Below, piece after piece: positions 24,583 through 36,738 of a stretch of 64,000 nucleotides of DNA. The position numbers and the translations under genes were made by a program. Numbering within the stretch: position 1 is the stretch's first letter; every line of letters begins with the position of its first letter. The stretch is from Camelus dromedarius. Its lineage: Eukaryota. The stretch covers positions 65,784,001 through 65,848,000 of the forward strand of contig NC_087436.1 of the NCBI RefSeq assembly GCF_036321535.1. Reading direction: 5' to 3'. A model generated the notes under the pieces. That model was not told where the DNA came from. It worked only from the letters and a program-made list of their open reading frames with translations, and did no database searches.

Positions 24583-26919
24583 TTCTAAAGGGAGGCAATT
24601 ACATTTCCTCAGGATGTCTTTCTTTTGCAGAGTGACATACAACCATCTCTGCCTTATAATTTATTAGCCTCCTTTGATGTAATGTTTGATTTATGGAGGA
24701 CAGTTTAACAGTAAAAACTTTTTAAGGTTTTGCTATAATGTAAGTTTAATGAGGTTTCTAGAGTTAGGATTGCATTTTAACACATCTCATTTTAGCACCT
24801 GGAAATAATGTTTTAAAAGATCACATTTTTTTCAAATAAAGTTCTTAATATATCTGCTATAGTGACTAATTCATTGCTAATTTAGAAAATATTTAATGAC
24901 TTGTGGTAGATTAAACCATCAAGTTGAAGAGGAGCACTGTTTCAATAGCAAACTTAACCCAGTTATCTCACAAAATGTTTTATGTGTCATCAGAAGAACA
25001 ACAAAAAAACTGAAATATTTGAGAAAATTCATTTCTGTTGTTCACCAGGTGCTCATACAAAGAATAAAAATATAAATCTTATTCTATATTTTACTAATTT
25101 TGTACTTTTTTCACTGAACTACAAAGTTTCTGAAAAACTAATGGTTATAAATTATATACTAAATTCCTCAAATGGCCTATTTCAAATATGACTGGGCACC
25201 TTGATAGCAATTACAAGTTTAAATTTACAAGATTAAATCCATAATTTCTCCAAGTAGGAGAAATTGGAGTATAATATATTAATAGGAATTTTTAGAGGCA
25301 AGAATATTACAAGTGAATTAAATTTAATTTAGATGAATGGACTCAGTCTGGTAGAAGTACTCCCAAGAAGGAAAGTAAGTTAAGTGTTTTCAGTAGCAAA
25401 GATACTAGTATTACTATGAATTATATAAATTATATTTCCTAGTATTATTAAGAATTATAATTATTATTTGATATTATATGCATAATTAATAGAAAAAAAT
25501 TCAATTTAAAGAGTTCAAGTCTTTTTAACTGGAAGGATAATTGACTAAGCCACAAGTTTCCATTTCCCAAGCCTTTATCCCACTGTACATTTGTTGGACT
25601 ATTTTGATATAATTTGTACTAATAGTTTCCATTTTACTTAAATCATTACTATAATCATTCAATATACATTCTGAATATCTATTTTTGCCTGATAGAAATA
25701 ATCAAGTATAATATCTTCACAACTGAGTCTTTTCATAAATATTTAAAAATTTTAGAACTCTGAAAGATACATTATACTTGTTAACTGTAACAATAGAAGA
25801 TTAATAATACAAAACTGTGTATTTGACTGTAATAAATCTGATTTAATAGCAAGTTATCAGTAAGAAAATTCATTCCTTCATATATAAATTACACATATTT
25901 TTAATGAGAAAATAATTTGGCTAAAACAGCAGTTATTCAGTATTTGCTCTTTGAATAAGAGAAAATGGCCTTAGCCTAGAGCATCTTATGACATGAGAAA
26001 AAGATAACGGTAGTCAATCTAAAATCTTTTATTAAAAAAGTTTTATAGTAATAGTAACAAAAACTTAAATTTAAGTGTAATATAGATGTTAGAGAGGGCT
26101 TTAGTTTTCAAAATGTACCTCATTTAATGTAAAACAATGAAGACAGGAAAACCGAGATTCAGAAGTACTGGTTCAAATTTTCAAAGCAATTGAAGCTCAA
26201 TACAAACCTTTGATTTCTGTCTTTATAAAGTTCGATGTTCTTTCCAAAATGCCAATTTTCAGAAAAGTAAGAAAGGACAGTCAGAGGATATTATTTGATT
26301 ACTACAAGATCTGATATCAGTAATCAAAACTATCTACATTAAAAAAAAATGCATAAAATCACAGAAAATGCTAACTATATTTTGTTTTACACATTGTATC
26401 ATTTACTAAATTATCAGTGAAATGATAATTTTCTTTCTTTTTCTTTTTCCTTTGAGTTTATAAATAATGATACAACAGTAAAGTGCTTTCTTCATTTGGG
26501 AATTATCTACCCATTCATTATTTAACAAACACATATTGAGTCCATAAATATTAATGAAAATCTTAGGTCCTTTCAATGTTACCAGAGAATTTTAAAAGCA
26601 TTTGGTAATTTCTTTCTGTCATACCTATGTTTTTGAGACATCATGATATAATTAGCTGTTGGCAATTGTAATAACACCATTTTCAGTAAACATGTTTAAA
26701 AAAACAATTATACTGTAATAGTTTAACTTCCAAAATGTCATGTTATTCAACATATTTTGAAAAATGTGGCCACACACATATATATACACTCACAATATAA
26801 TCATTTATAATTCCACAACCAGAAAATGTGTTAACATTTTAGTGCATACTAATCCCAGGCCTATTTCTATTCATTTAACAAGTGCATTTTATTTTTAAGA
26901 TGAATTGATTCGCAATGAG

Positions 26920-27172
26920 AAGTAGCAGAATAGAGTGATTAGAATCAAGAGCTCTTGAGCTAGAGAGTGCTAAATCAGCTCTGCTACTTTCTTCCTTAGC
27001 AACCTGGGGATTTACAATTATTTAATGTCATTGTGCCTTAATATTCTCATCTGGAAAATGTAGAAAAATAATATAATTAATCACATAAAATTTTGTAAAG
27101 ATTCAATTAATTAAAAAACGGAACACTCTTAAAACAGTGCCTGACAAATAGTAATCTATATTAGCCATTATT
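26920..27172 (+). mobile_element. MIR
   Basis: gtgccttaatattctcatctggaaaatg core; aacagtgcctgacaaatagtaa...ttagccattatt tail. Confidence 0.75.
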
Positions 27173-27867
27173 ACCACTAGTGTATTATTTGTCTGGTAAC
27201 CTAGTTTTCACCTAACAGTTATAGAGAACAGCAAGTGCATTGAAATTATTCTCCACTTCATTTTGATGACTGAAAACAGTATTAGTCAAAATACTTTTGA
27301 CTTACTGAACGTATAATACTGCATGTAATGGTTATGTCATTATATGTTTAAATCCTCAGCTGTGTGGATCCTAGACACTACTCTCCTTCTCCTTTCCTAT
27401 TTTTGCCTATACTTGTAAATTACTTTTGTTTGTAAATGCAAAACAAAACAATACAAAACCTCAATTCAAATTAAATTAAACTGTACTGGAGCTTCACTGA
27501 CTAAATCACCAAACCCCAAGAAAAGTAGAGATGGGGGCTTTGAGACAAGTATAGACATGACAAGACCTTAAATGCTATCTCTCTTTCTTTTCCTTTATCT
27601 CTCTGTGTTTTCTTCTTCCTTTCTTTTTTGTTCATTTTCTTTAACTAGCATCTTTCTTTCTCTGGCTGTAACAGAGTTTGAGATCATGATTACAGAGGAA
27701 ACGAAATTAGAATTATCTGTTTTCCAGAGTTGTACACCACATCCTGAAATATGAAGATAATGTGAAAATGCTGCCAAACTGGTTTGTTCTGCTTTGTATT
27801 TAAACTTAAGGGCCATAAACTTCATCCAATTTCTCTGCCTTACTCCAGTCAGGGAAGTAAGCATAAC

Positions 27868-27881
27868 CTGCCATCTGGTGG
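27868..27881 (-). promoter_or_regulatory. Candidate CTCF-binding motif
   Basis: Minus strand CCACCAGATGGCAG fits the CTCF core CCASYAGRKGGCRS and lies in non-repeat sequence. Motif match only. Confidence 0.45.
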
Positions 27882-29859
27882 AAGTGAGGTAAATGATTTC
27901 TGGAGGAAGCAAGGTATGTTTACATGAGGGTAGAGAACGAGAATATTTACTAGAAACATTTAGGGAAATAAGTAAAATGCACCAATAGATCCTGAAATGA
28001 GACAAATTAGGGACCACATATGTTATCAGAGGACATGCTTCAATTGTTGCCTTGTGAATTACTTTTTCAAGAGAAGCCTGAAATCTGAAATGAAGTGAGA
28101 TATCTTCTGATTTTAAAATTTGATAACTATTAACAACAGCAATACAACAACAAAAACTATTTTAAATGATTTGAATATCAAATTCAGTCCAGGGGCCATG
28201 ATTTTTGCTTCCTAGTTTTAAAGAGGAGACTTGCAAATCCCTTTTATTTCAGTAATAACAATTCTAAATATTTTAATATGCATTTATTGAGATGCTTGGG
28301 GTAACCAGAGTTAGATTTGGATCTTTACTTTTTTTCCTTCTACATAGCATAAACATAGTTAATATTTTGAAGCTCATGCAGACTAAGAGTATGAAATCTA
28401 TTTTACTGATATAAGGAAACATTGAAATGATATATTTTAAGCATCTGAATAATAGGAGAATCTTAACATACCAGTTTGCTTCAGTTGCCTCATATATTTT
28501 TTCTAAAAATTATGTTACAAAAGTAAGAAGTTTAAGGGGAAAAAAAATCCAACAAACAAAAACAGAAGAAGCATGACTGAGAAAAATATCTGCTCTTAAA
28601 ATATGTATTCGCATGCTAAAATTGGAAGTATTATAACGTCAAAGAGTAATGCCTACCTATTGAAAATTATGAAACCGTAGGTTAACATTATTTGTAAAGG
28701 CTATGAAGAGATACAGTCTAACTATAATTAACCAACAGAGCAATCTGTATTAACAGTGTAGTAAAGAACTTAAAAGGTATAAAAGATCAAAACAAAACAA
28801 AATGAGACTACAATGTTTTACTTGATGGTTTCTGATAGTTTTTCTTGAGTAGTGTCATCTACTCTAGTTTTTGGTGCAAATTTATCTTATATACATGATT
28901 ATATATTTCTAGTTTAATAAAACCAACCCTGTTTGATTCCAAATACCAGGCAAATTTTAAGAAAAGTTTTGCAGAGCAAAATAGTATCATAAGTAGGATG
29001 GCAACCACAATATTTGTTAAATTGGGTTCAGGGGAGCTATTTATTCCATCTGTTATTTCAACTAAACTGCATTTCTGCCTTGAAAGTGTTTCATGAGACT
29101 CTAGTGAATGAGGAGCATTTGTGATTCATTTTAGTACCAGAATATTCCAGAATAATTGGCTTTTAGTGGAGAGCTGCCATCATGAGCCAAGTTTTAAAAT
29201 ATGCTATTTTTCTGAGTTTTGTGGCCATGGAGGGATACTTTAAAAGGATATTATACTGGCATGTGCTGCTACTAAAATATGATTTTACAGTTATTAGCCA
29301 GGAAAGGATCTTTTCAGCATTTAATATAGATAATAGCACAACCCTAGACTGAAAGATTTCTGCTATATTCTTGTCCACTACAGAACTAATAAACTGTGGC
29401 TTTGTACATATGTGACATTTCTAAAAATGGCATAATTATGCTTTTAAAATGATTAATCTAAAATTAATTTAATGTTTTTAATTATGGGTACAAAATAAAC
29501 GATAAAGGAATTCCATGACAAAAGTCATGACCGTCATATTTACATGCTCAAAATAATTAAATGTACTATATATTGGGAAACAAAATGCAAGCGAAAATAG
29601 AGCTCTTAGTTAACACAGAACAAACTATCAATGTGTATTCCTAATCAGGGGAGTACATTAGAAAAAGGATTAGGTACATAAGTATTGTGTACTGATTTAT
29701 GTCCAAAAATGTAGAGATAAAATTTTTAAAGAATGTAAAGTGATTATATGAAATTAATCAATACACAAGTTTAAAAATGCATTTACACTATTTGCTTGTT
29801 TGTTTGTTTTTACAGGTAATGTTTGATTGTCTCAAGCTCCTTATTATTTAACTAGCTCA

Positions 29860-31020
29860 AGAGTTAGACCTGGATGGGGAAATAGATTAAGTTTTCATAA
29901 TTTATTCAAACTAAATAGGAAACAAACAATAAAAATCACAATACACTATAACAAGTACTATGGTAAAGATTTTCCCAGGATGTGTGGGAGAACAAAGAAA
30001 CAATTAGAACAAACAAGTTTGTATAGGGAAGTAGCGAAAATAATTTTTTTCTGGAGGATTTAATAACTAAGCTAAAATTTGAACATTAGTAGATATTTTA
30101 TTGGAACAAAAAGGAGTTATAAAGGCTTTTCAGTTTTCATTCAAATGTACAACATCTAACAATTTCTGACTAATGCATAGAAAAATGAATGATAAAAAAG
30201 TTATTGGTATAGAAACATAAAAAAGGCTATGGACAAGACACTATAGCCCACATAAGTAACTGGAAGTAGCTCTGCAATTCTGATAAAATTTAGAGGAGAA
30301 CATCAGGACAAATGATAAACCTGACAGTGAACTTTTTAAGGAAGGGGCTTGGATGTTCCATCAAAACATTACTGAAATAATTAAATGTTTAAATGTGTTT
30401 AAATGTTTATAAATATTATACATTAGCAGTACTGAGGACTGTCATAGGAAGACAGGTCTGGGGAGTGATATCAGATTAAAGACTATTATAGTAATACTGG
30501 AAGAATTTTGTGAAACTTTAATTGTAGCAAGAATAAAGAAACAGATTCCACAATAGTAAAAAAAAAACAAAACAAAACAAACAAAAAATAACTCAATGAT
30601 CAGTTGGATATGGACGGTAAGAGAAAAGGAGACTAAAATGTCTTTGAGATTTAAGTATGTATAACTGGAAGAATGGAGCTTTCACCATAGAAGAAAATTC
30701 CATATCTGGAGCAGATTTGAGGGTAATTCTAAAAATCTTAAATTTGAAATACCTTTATGAAACTCAGGAGCATGCCTGGATCATGTATTTAATTATAATC
30801 ATAGGAGAGGAGCTATTCTAGTTGTTAAGAGTCTTCAAGCCTTTTTAACGGTAGGTAGTGCCAATTAAAGCAAACATTTGCATACTGAATTTTACATGCT
30901 GAACACATAATATGAGAGAGAAGAATCCTCTCTCAGCATTCCCAACAGTAATGTGAAGAATGGCAGAAAACAACCTGAAAAAAAAAAAAAAAAAGAAACT
31001 GAGACTGAGAATGAGAAGAG
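29860..31020 (-). mobile_element. Decayed L2 fragments
   Basis: Antisense L2-like phrases (aataactaagctaaaatttgaac, ctcaatgatcagttggatatgg...agagaaaaggagactaaaatgtc...ataactggaagaatggag). Confidence 0.55.
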
Positions 31021-31629
31021 TGAAAAATAGATGAAAAATTGTATCTAACTTTTGGAATGTTAATAGATGAAAAAATGTAATTTTTGGAATTGATTTAAAC
31101 TTTTCAATAGTTTTTTTTTTTGCATTTCTTCCTAAATTTTTATATTGCCTAATTTTAAAAAATAATTTTGTTTTGTTTTAAACTAAAGTCACTATTTTAA
31201 AGTATAAAATTGAAATATTATTTTGGAAATATTTTTTACACCCTAATACAAAGAGGTTAAATTTCACCAATATGTGCTTCAGGTTTTTAAATGCACAAAA
31301 ATATAGTTATAATTCATTCTTGACAATTCTTTTCATTTACATATGACCAAGGAAGTTAATAGCTGTGTAATGCATGAATTTTTCCTGTTTACCAGAGTAA
31401 ATGTCCATGAAAAAGCCCTACATAAGTTGTCTATTATTTAAGCGAACTGTTTATATTTCCTATTATTTTTATTGATTCTTGACTATTAAAATTAATAGAT
31501 AAAACACTAATTTCTTTTGGAAGATGTTAGTGTGCATGTACATTGAAGTAGTAAGTTAAATAGTGGTTTAGATCATTATTTAAAAGGAAAATGATAATCA
31601 TATAATCATAAGCTCATATACTTTATATC

Positions 31630-33545
31630 ATTCTTTTTCTATTGTTGCTATAACAAATTACTACACATTTAAGAGCTTAACTTCAAACTCTCATCTAAAT
31701 CTCTGCAGCTCAAAAGTCCCAAATCTTACCATCTAAATTATCTAAAGACGATGTAGATGAGGTCCTGTGTGTAGTCAGTCTTGGGGGCGAAATCCTTTAC
31801 ATTGCTGAACCTGTGAAAATCAGCCAAAAGTAATCTGCTCCCAAAATACAGTGGTGGGATAATCATAGGAGATCAGTTATAGACATTCTCATTTGAAAAA
31901 GGAGATGGTAGAAGGAAAAATGAACCACTAGCCCAAAAGAATTTCAAAATTCAGGTAGAATAAACAACACTATGTTTCAAGACTTGAGATTTACCCTTGT
32001 CCCCTGGGGTCCCATCTCTACCCAAACCCAAGAAGTCACCCTTCTTTATGAAGGTTGTATTCCATATGTTTGTAATTAAGTAGGTTTATCAGCCTGTTTC
32101 CTGCCTTTGGAATATTTGGAGTACAGCAGTCTTTCATTTCATGTTCTTTCTGAGCTTTTCAGTCTATGTTGGCTGTTTTTCTGCTATTTTAACTTACTAA
32201 GGACATTGTGGGTCTTCCATGGATGTTGTGTATGTTCTGGAGATGCATTCATTCATTTATACAAGAAGGTATTCCACAGGACTTTCTCAGATATACCTAA
32301 CTCTTTTTTTTTTTTTTTTGGCAACAAATGAAATGGCTATAGATATCCATGATTCAGATACCTAATCTCTTCAAAAAGCCCTTTGTGTGACTGAATGCTA
32401 TGAACTTTTATTTATTCTAAGGCACTAGCAAATGGTTATCTAGTAACATCTTCTGCTTTCTCCCAAGATAATGCTTTTCTGATAGTGTATTTCTTACTTT
32501 AACTGACTTTTCCATTCTGATTAGACTGAGAATTTTCCAAATCATCATGTCCACTCCCTTTTGCTAAACAATCCTCTCAGAATGAGTTCTTTCCTCTCAC
32601 ATTTTGCTATAAGCAGTGCGAAGAAGAGAGTAGGTCACTTCACTTGAAGATCTCATAATCTAAATATCCAAGTTCATTACTTACAATTCTGTTTTCCATA
32701 TAATTGTAGGAAAAACTTCTACATAGCTTTCTGAAAATACATAACAAATATACTCTTTCCTCCAGTTTTCATTGACATGTTCCTCATTATTTTCTGAGTC
32801 TTCACCACCAGCCTTTTTAACAACCATATATGTACCAACAATCTGCTTATGATGATTTAGATATTCTCTAAGATTACATATCTCTGCTATCATCCTTATT
32901 TTCTTTTGGTTCCTCACTAGCAGAGTTGATAATATCCATATTTCTACTAACAGTTAAGGGCAACCTAAGCTGCTTCTATCAGATTTCTCAAAATTCTTCT
33001 AGTCTCTTCCTATTGACCAACCCCAAAGTTACTTCCACATTTTCAGGATCCATCTTACAATACTAAACTTGTATTAGGTTTTTGTTTGTTTGTTTTACTA
33101 CTGCTGTAGTGTATTACCACAAAATTGTTAGCACAAAGTTGATTAACTTACATTTCTGATGGCAGACATCCTAAAATCAAGATGCTGCCAGGGCTCCAGT
33201 CCTATTGAATGCTCTGGGGAGAATATATTTCCTTGCCTTTTTTGCATTCCTTGCCTTTGTGGCCTCTCCTTCATCTTCAAAGCTACCAGCATAGCACCTT
33301 CAAATCTCCATTTGTCTTTAACCTCTGTTCCATCATTATAATCTATCACTCTGATCATCTTCTCTTTCCTTTATAAGGACTATTGTGATTAAACTGGGTT
33401 TACCTAGATAATCCAGTATAATCTTTCTATCTCAAGATCCATAACTTAATCTCATCTGCAAAGTTCCTTTCCCTGCATAAAGTAACACAGTCATAGGATT
33501 AGGATGGGGACATTGGGTGGGTGGGCATTATTCTGTCTATTACAA
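31630..33545 (-). mobile_element. MaLR provirus: MLT1 5' LTR (~33070-33545), internal region (~31720-33065) and truncated 3' LTR end (~31630-31715)
   Basis: LTR motifs ctgctgtagtgtattaccacaaa...ttataaggactattgtgatt...aatctcatctgcaaagttc. ORF 32681-32917 (LREYLNHHKQIVG...GEDSENNEEHVNENWRKEYICYV) is the MaLR internal ORF remnant. A second LTR end is at tttctattgttgctataacaaattactacac. Confidence 0.85.
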
Positions 33546-34904
33546 TCAATGAGTATAAAAGATTTTATATCTAAATTTATGGGGACTGAATAGAATGTGA
33601 AATCACCTTACAAATCAATCTTTATCTAAATTGTTTCCCATCAGGCTTTTAAATATGGCAAGCTTCTATGTATTTACTTTTTGCACCAGTTTGTACAATT
33701 ATATGATTCTTGTCTCAGATATTTCTATTCAGATTAAGATATGAGATGAATTAATAATAGAACTGAGCTACTTTAGTATGACTGGTATAAGAAGACTGTG
33801 AACAAGTTAAATGTTCTTCATGGATCAATAAACAATTTGAATCTTCATGATTTAACTCAACTTCATTAAACACAATGTGTTAGACATAAAAAATAGTTAA
33901 ATTACTATGAATTAATTGGCAAAAAATCTTAATTTAATAGCTTGTAATTTGGGAATTTAGCAAAATTTAGCTTATGTAACACTATCTCTAACTTTCTTCC
34001 TTTAATTTAACATAATAGTTAGAATATAATGTAAATACAAACTGAACTGACAGTGAAAGGGATAGTAACACTGAATGAGCACAGACTTAGAGCCCAATTT
34101 TTATTACTGGTGGCACTATTGTTAATTTAACATGTAATAATAAGTCAGCAAATCACTAAGATCTTAGTAAAAATTGATTTATCTTCATTAATTTTTAGGA
34201 AAGATACGTATGAACTAATCATTTGGCCAAGTCATGAGTTATACTAATAAGAGCAATTATTTTGTTTCATTAAGCAATTCTGGAATTAAAGTTTTTCCAA
34301 AGAGCTTTTAAAATTTTAACTTCATGTTCCCCAGGGTTGTGTATTTCCCTTATAGAATGTAGATTCCTCAGAAAATACATATTTTTCTATACTCAGATGC
34401 TATCCCTTAAGGAAATAATCTTTAAAAATAAATCAAAAGAAAAAAAAAGATGCCCTTATTTTTTACATAGACTCTAGCTGCTAATATTTTGACAAAGTTC
34501 TATTTTTAAATGTGTCAACCAGATAATTTATCCATTATGCTGGACTTTCACTAGTCTGATGACAGTCTCCTTAATATATGAATTGAAATTATATCAACTT
34601 CTCTGACTAAGTTATTTTAATATGCTGAATATCATCAGCAAAAAGCTTCCTATCAATTTAATTTTGCATTTGAAGATGTCTTTCAAGAGAAACTAAATTT
34701 TTAAAAAAACATAACTTTTTAATATTTCTGATACGATTTTTGCAATTTTATTAAGTTAAATCATGTTTCAGTTTTTAAACAAATGATATTTAATAAGTTC
34801 ACTCAATTTCAGTTTTGTGTAATTAGGACTTTTAAATTTTGATGAGTTAAGAAGACTTACTAGGACTTTTGTTGCAGCCAGACTAAAGTAACAAGAACTG
34901 TATT

Positions 34905-35940
34905 TAATTCATGCCACATGAAAATCAGAACATTGAACAAAATATGTAAAACAATGTTTCTCAGTTATCAGGTAATAGTCAGCACAGAACAGTGCTGAGA
35001 GAAAGGGGACCAACAAGAAGCCCTGCCACTGACTCAACTTAATGACTAAAAATGTTTTGGGGCAGCAGCACAGGGAGGGAGAACACATATAAAGCTTAAC
35101 TGAACATATTAAGTTCATAGTGCAGTGAAGCCTAGGCTGGAATTTGCAGGGTGCAATACTGGAAAGAGAAAGAGAAGGAGAGAGAGAAATTGTGCATTCC
35201 AGAGGTCTGCAGAAGTACCTTCTTGAAGTTTTGGCTGTTACTAATCTGCACATGTAGGAAAGAAATTACCTGAAGCCAAGGAGAGAATCACTAGAAAGGA
35301 GTACACAGAAATATCCCTGGTGTTCACACAGAGAATAATATTTTTGCACCGAGGTAGAGTGGAAAGATCTCCCAATACATAAGCATCATGAGGAATCCTG
35401 AGAAGGACATTGCCTCTCAATAGCGGAATCAAATATGCCCTACAAAGATCCAACTCCACTTCTAAATATCTGTGCAAAATAAATGAAAACACATTTTCCT
35501 ACAAAAGCTCATTAAACCAAGAATAGCTCTAAGCCAGAAGAGCCCAATGTTCATCAAGTGATGAATGGATGAATAAAAAGTAGTATATACTTACAATTGG
35601 AAACTTCAAAAGAGTAACAGTGAATAAAGTATATTAAACACAAAAATGAGATGAATCTCAAAAATAGTGCGCTAGGAAATATAATAAAGACACAAAAAAC
35701 TACCTACAGTATGATGCCATGTATATATTAAATTCTATTTTGTAGATCATTAGTTGCTTGGGCTGAGAATGAGTGATGCAAAGGAATATAAGAAAACTTT
35801 CAGTGATGATGAGATGTTGCAAAATGATTATAGAGGTATCCTAAGACCCTATGAATTCTGCATTTACCAAAATTCATCTAACTGTACATATAATAAGAAT
35901 TATTTATAGTATGTGAAGATTACCTCACAAAAGCTTTATG
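34905..35940 (+). mobile_element. Old L1 fragments (5'-region piece ~34905-35450, then L1ME/L1MB-type 3' end)
   Basis: 3' part: ccaatgttcatcaagtgatgaatggatgaataaaa...gatgaatctcaaaaatagtg...aaaattcatctaactgtaca. The 5' part resembles L1M 5'UTR sequence. Confidence 0.7.
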
Positions 35941-36069
35941 AAAATAGTACAATTTCTATAATGTTCATATATTCTAATGATGGTGCCATTGCTCAAAAGA
36001 AACCTCAGATTGTGTGACTGTTAAGTCAGGTAATTTTTCACTATTGCAGAAAGCATAAAGTCAGCATCA

Positions 36070-36310
36070 TAATAATAATGATGATGATTATAAACATAAA
36101 ACACAGTTACATATTTACTTACTATAAGATGGGGACATTTAATTCTTACAAGAGTTATGAAAAATGTACTATCATTATAATCATTTTGCAGATGAAACTG
36201 AAGCACCAAATGATTAATTTATTCATCCAAAGTTGCACAGCAAAAAGTCATAGAGCTGGCATACGGTCCCAGTGATCCTGTCTCCAGGGACTATGCTCTA
36301 GTCTACACCA
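36070..36310 (-). mobile_element. MIR
   Basis: cattttgcagatgaaactgaagcac...ttcatccaaagttgcacagc...agagctggcatacggtcccagtg. Confidence 0.8.
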
Positions 36311-36599
36311 GTAAGTTATTTTGTCCATTATCTAACAAAGGTCTACCAGTCATAAGGTAGAAGAGAATTAAAATGGCACAATACTTAGAGAGATATAAAA
36401 ATTACCAATAAAGGAATTTTTAATAATTCAGGATCAAATAAACAAAATAAGAAAGGTCAGACATGTAATTCCAGCAGAAAACCCTGTTTCCTTGCATTCT
36501 CCTCTACAGTATTCAAGGCATTACTTGTCTTTTTACCTAGCAGGTGTGAGTATAATAAGCATTATCAGGGAAGTAGGAAGCCTTGTTAAGACACTTTAC

Positions 36600-36738
36600 C
36601 TTATTATCAAGAGTGAGACCTGTTGCTCATAAAATAATCCAATGTCACTTTTATCATTCATATTTAATGAAATATAACTTTTCTGTAAGTAAAGTTTCAC
36701 TTTGTAATGCCCTTCTATGCCAGTTGAGAACTCATTTC
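36600..36738 (-). CDS. Candidate internal exon (139 nt) of an unidentified transcript
   Basis: Acceptor atttatttag|G and donor AAG|gtaaag. Only one frame is open: NEFSTGIEGHYKVKLYLQKSYISLNMNDKSDIGLFYEQQVSLLII. No homolog recognised. Confidence 0.2.
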
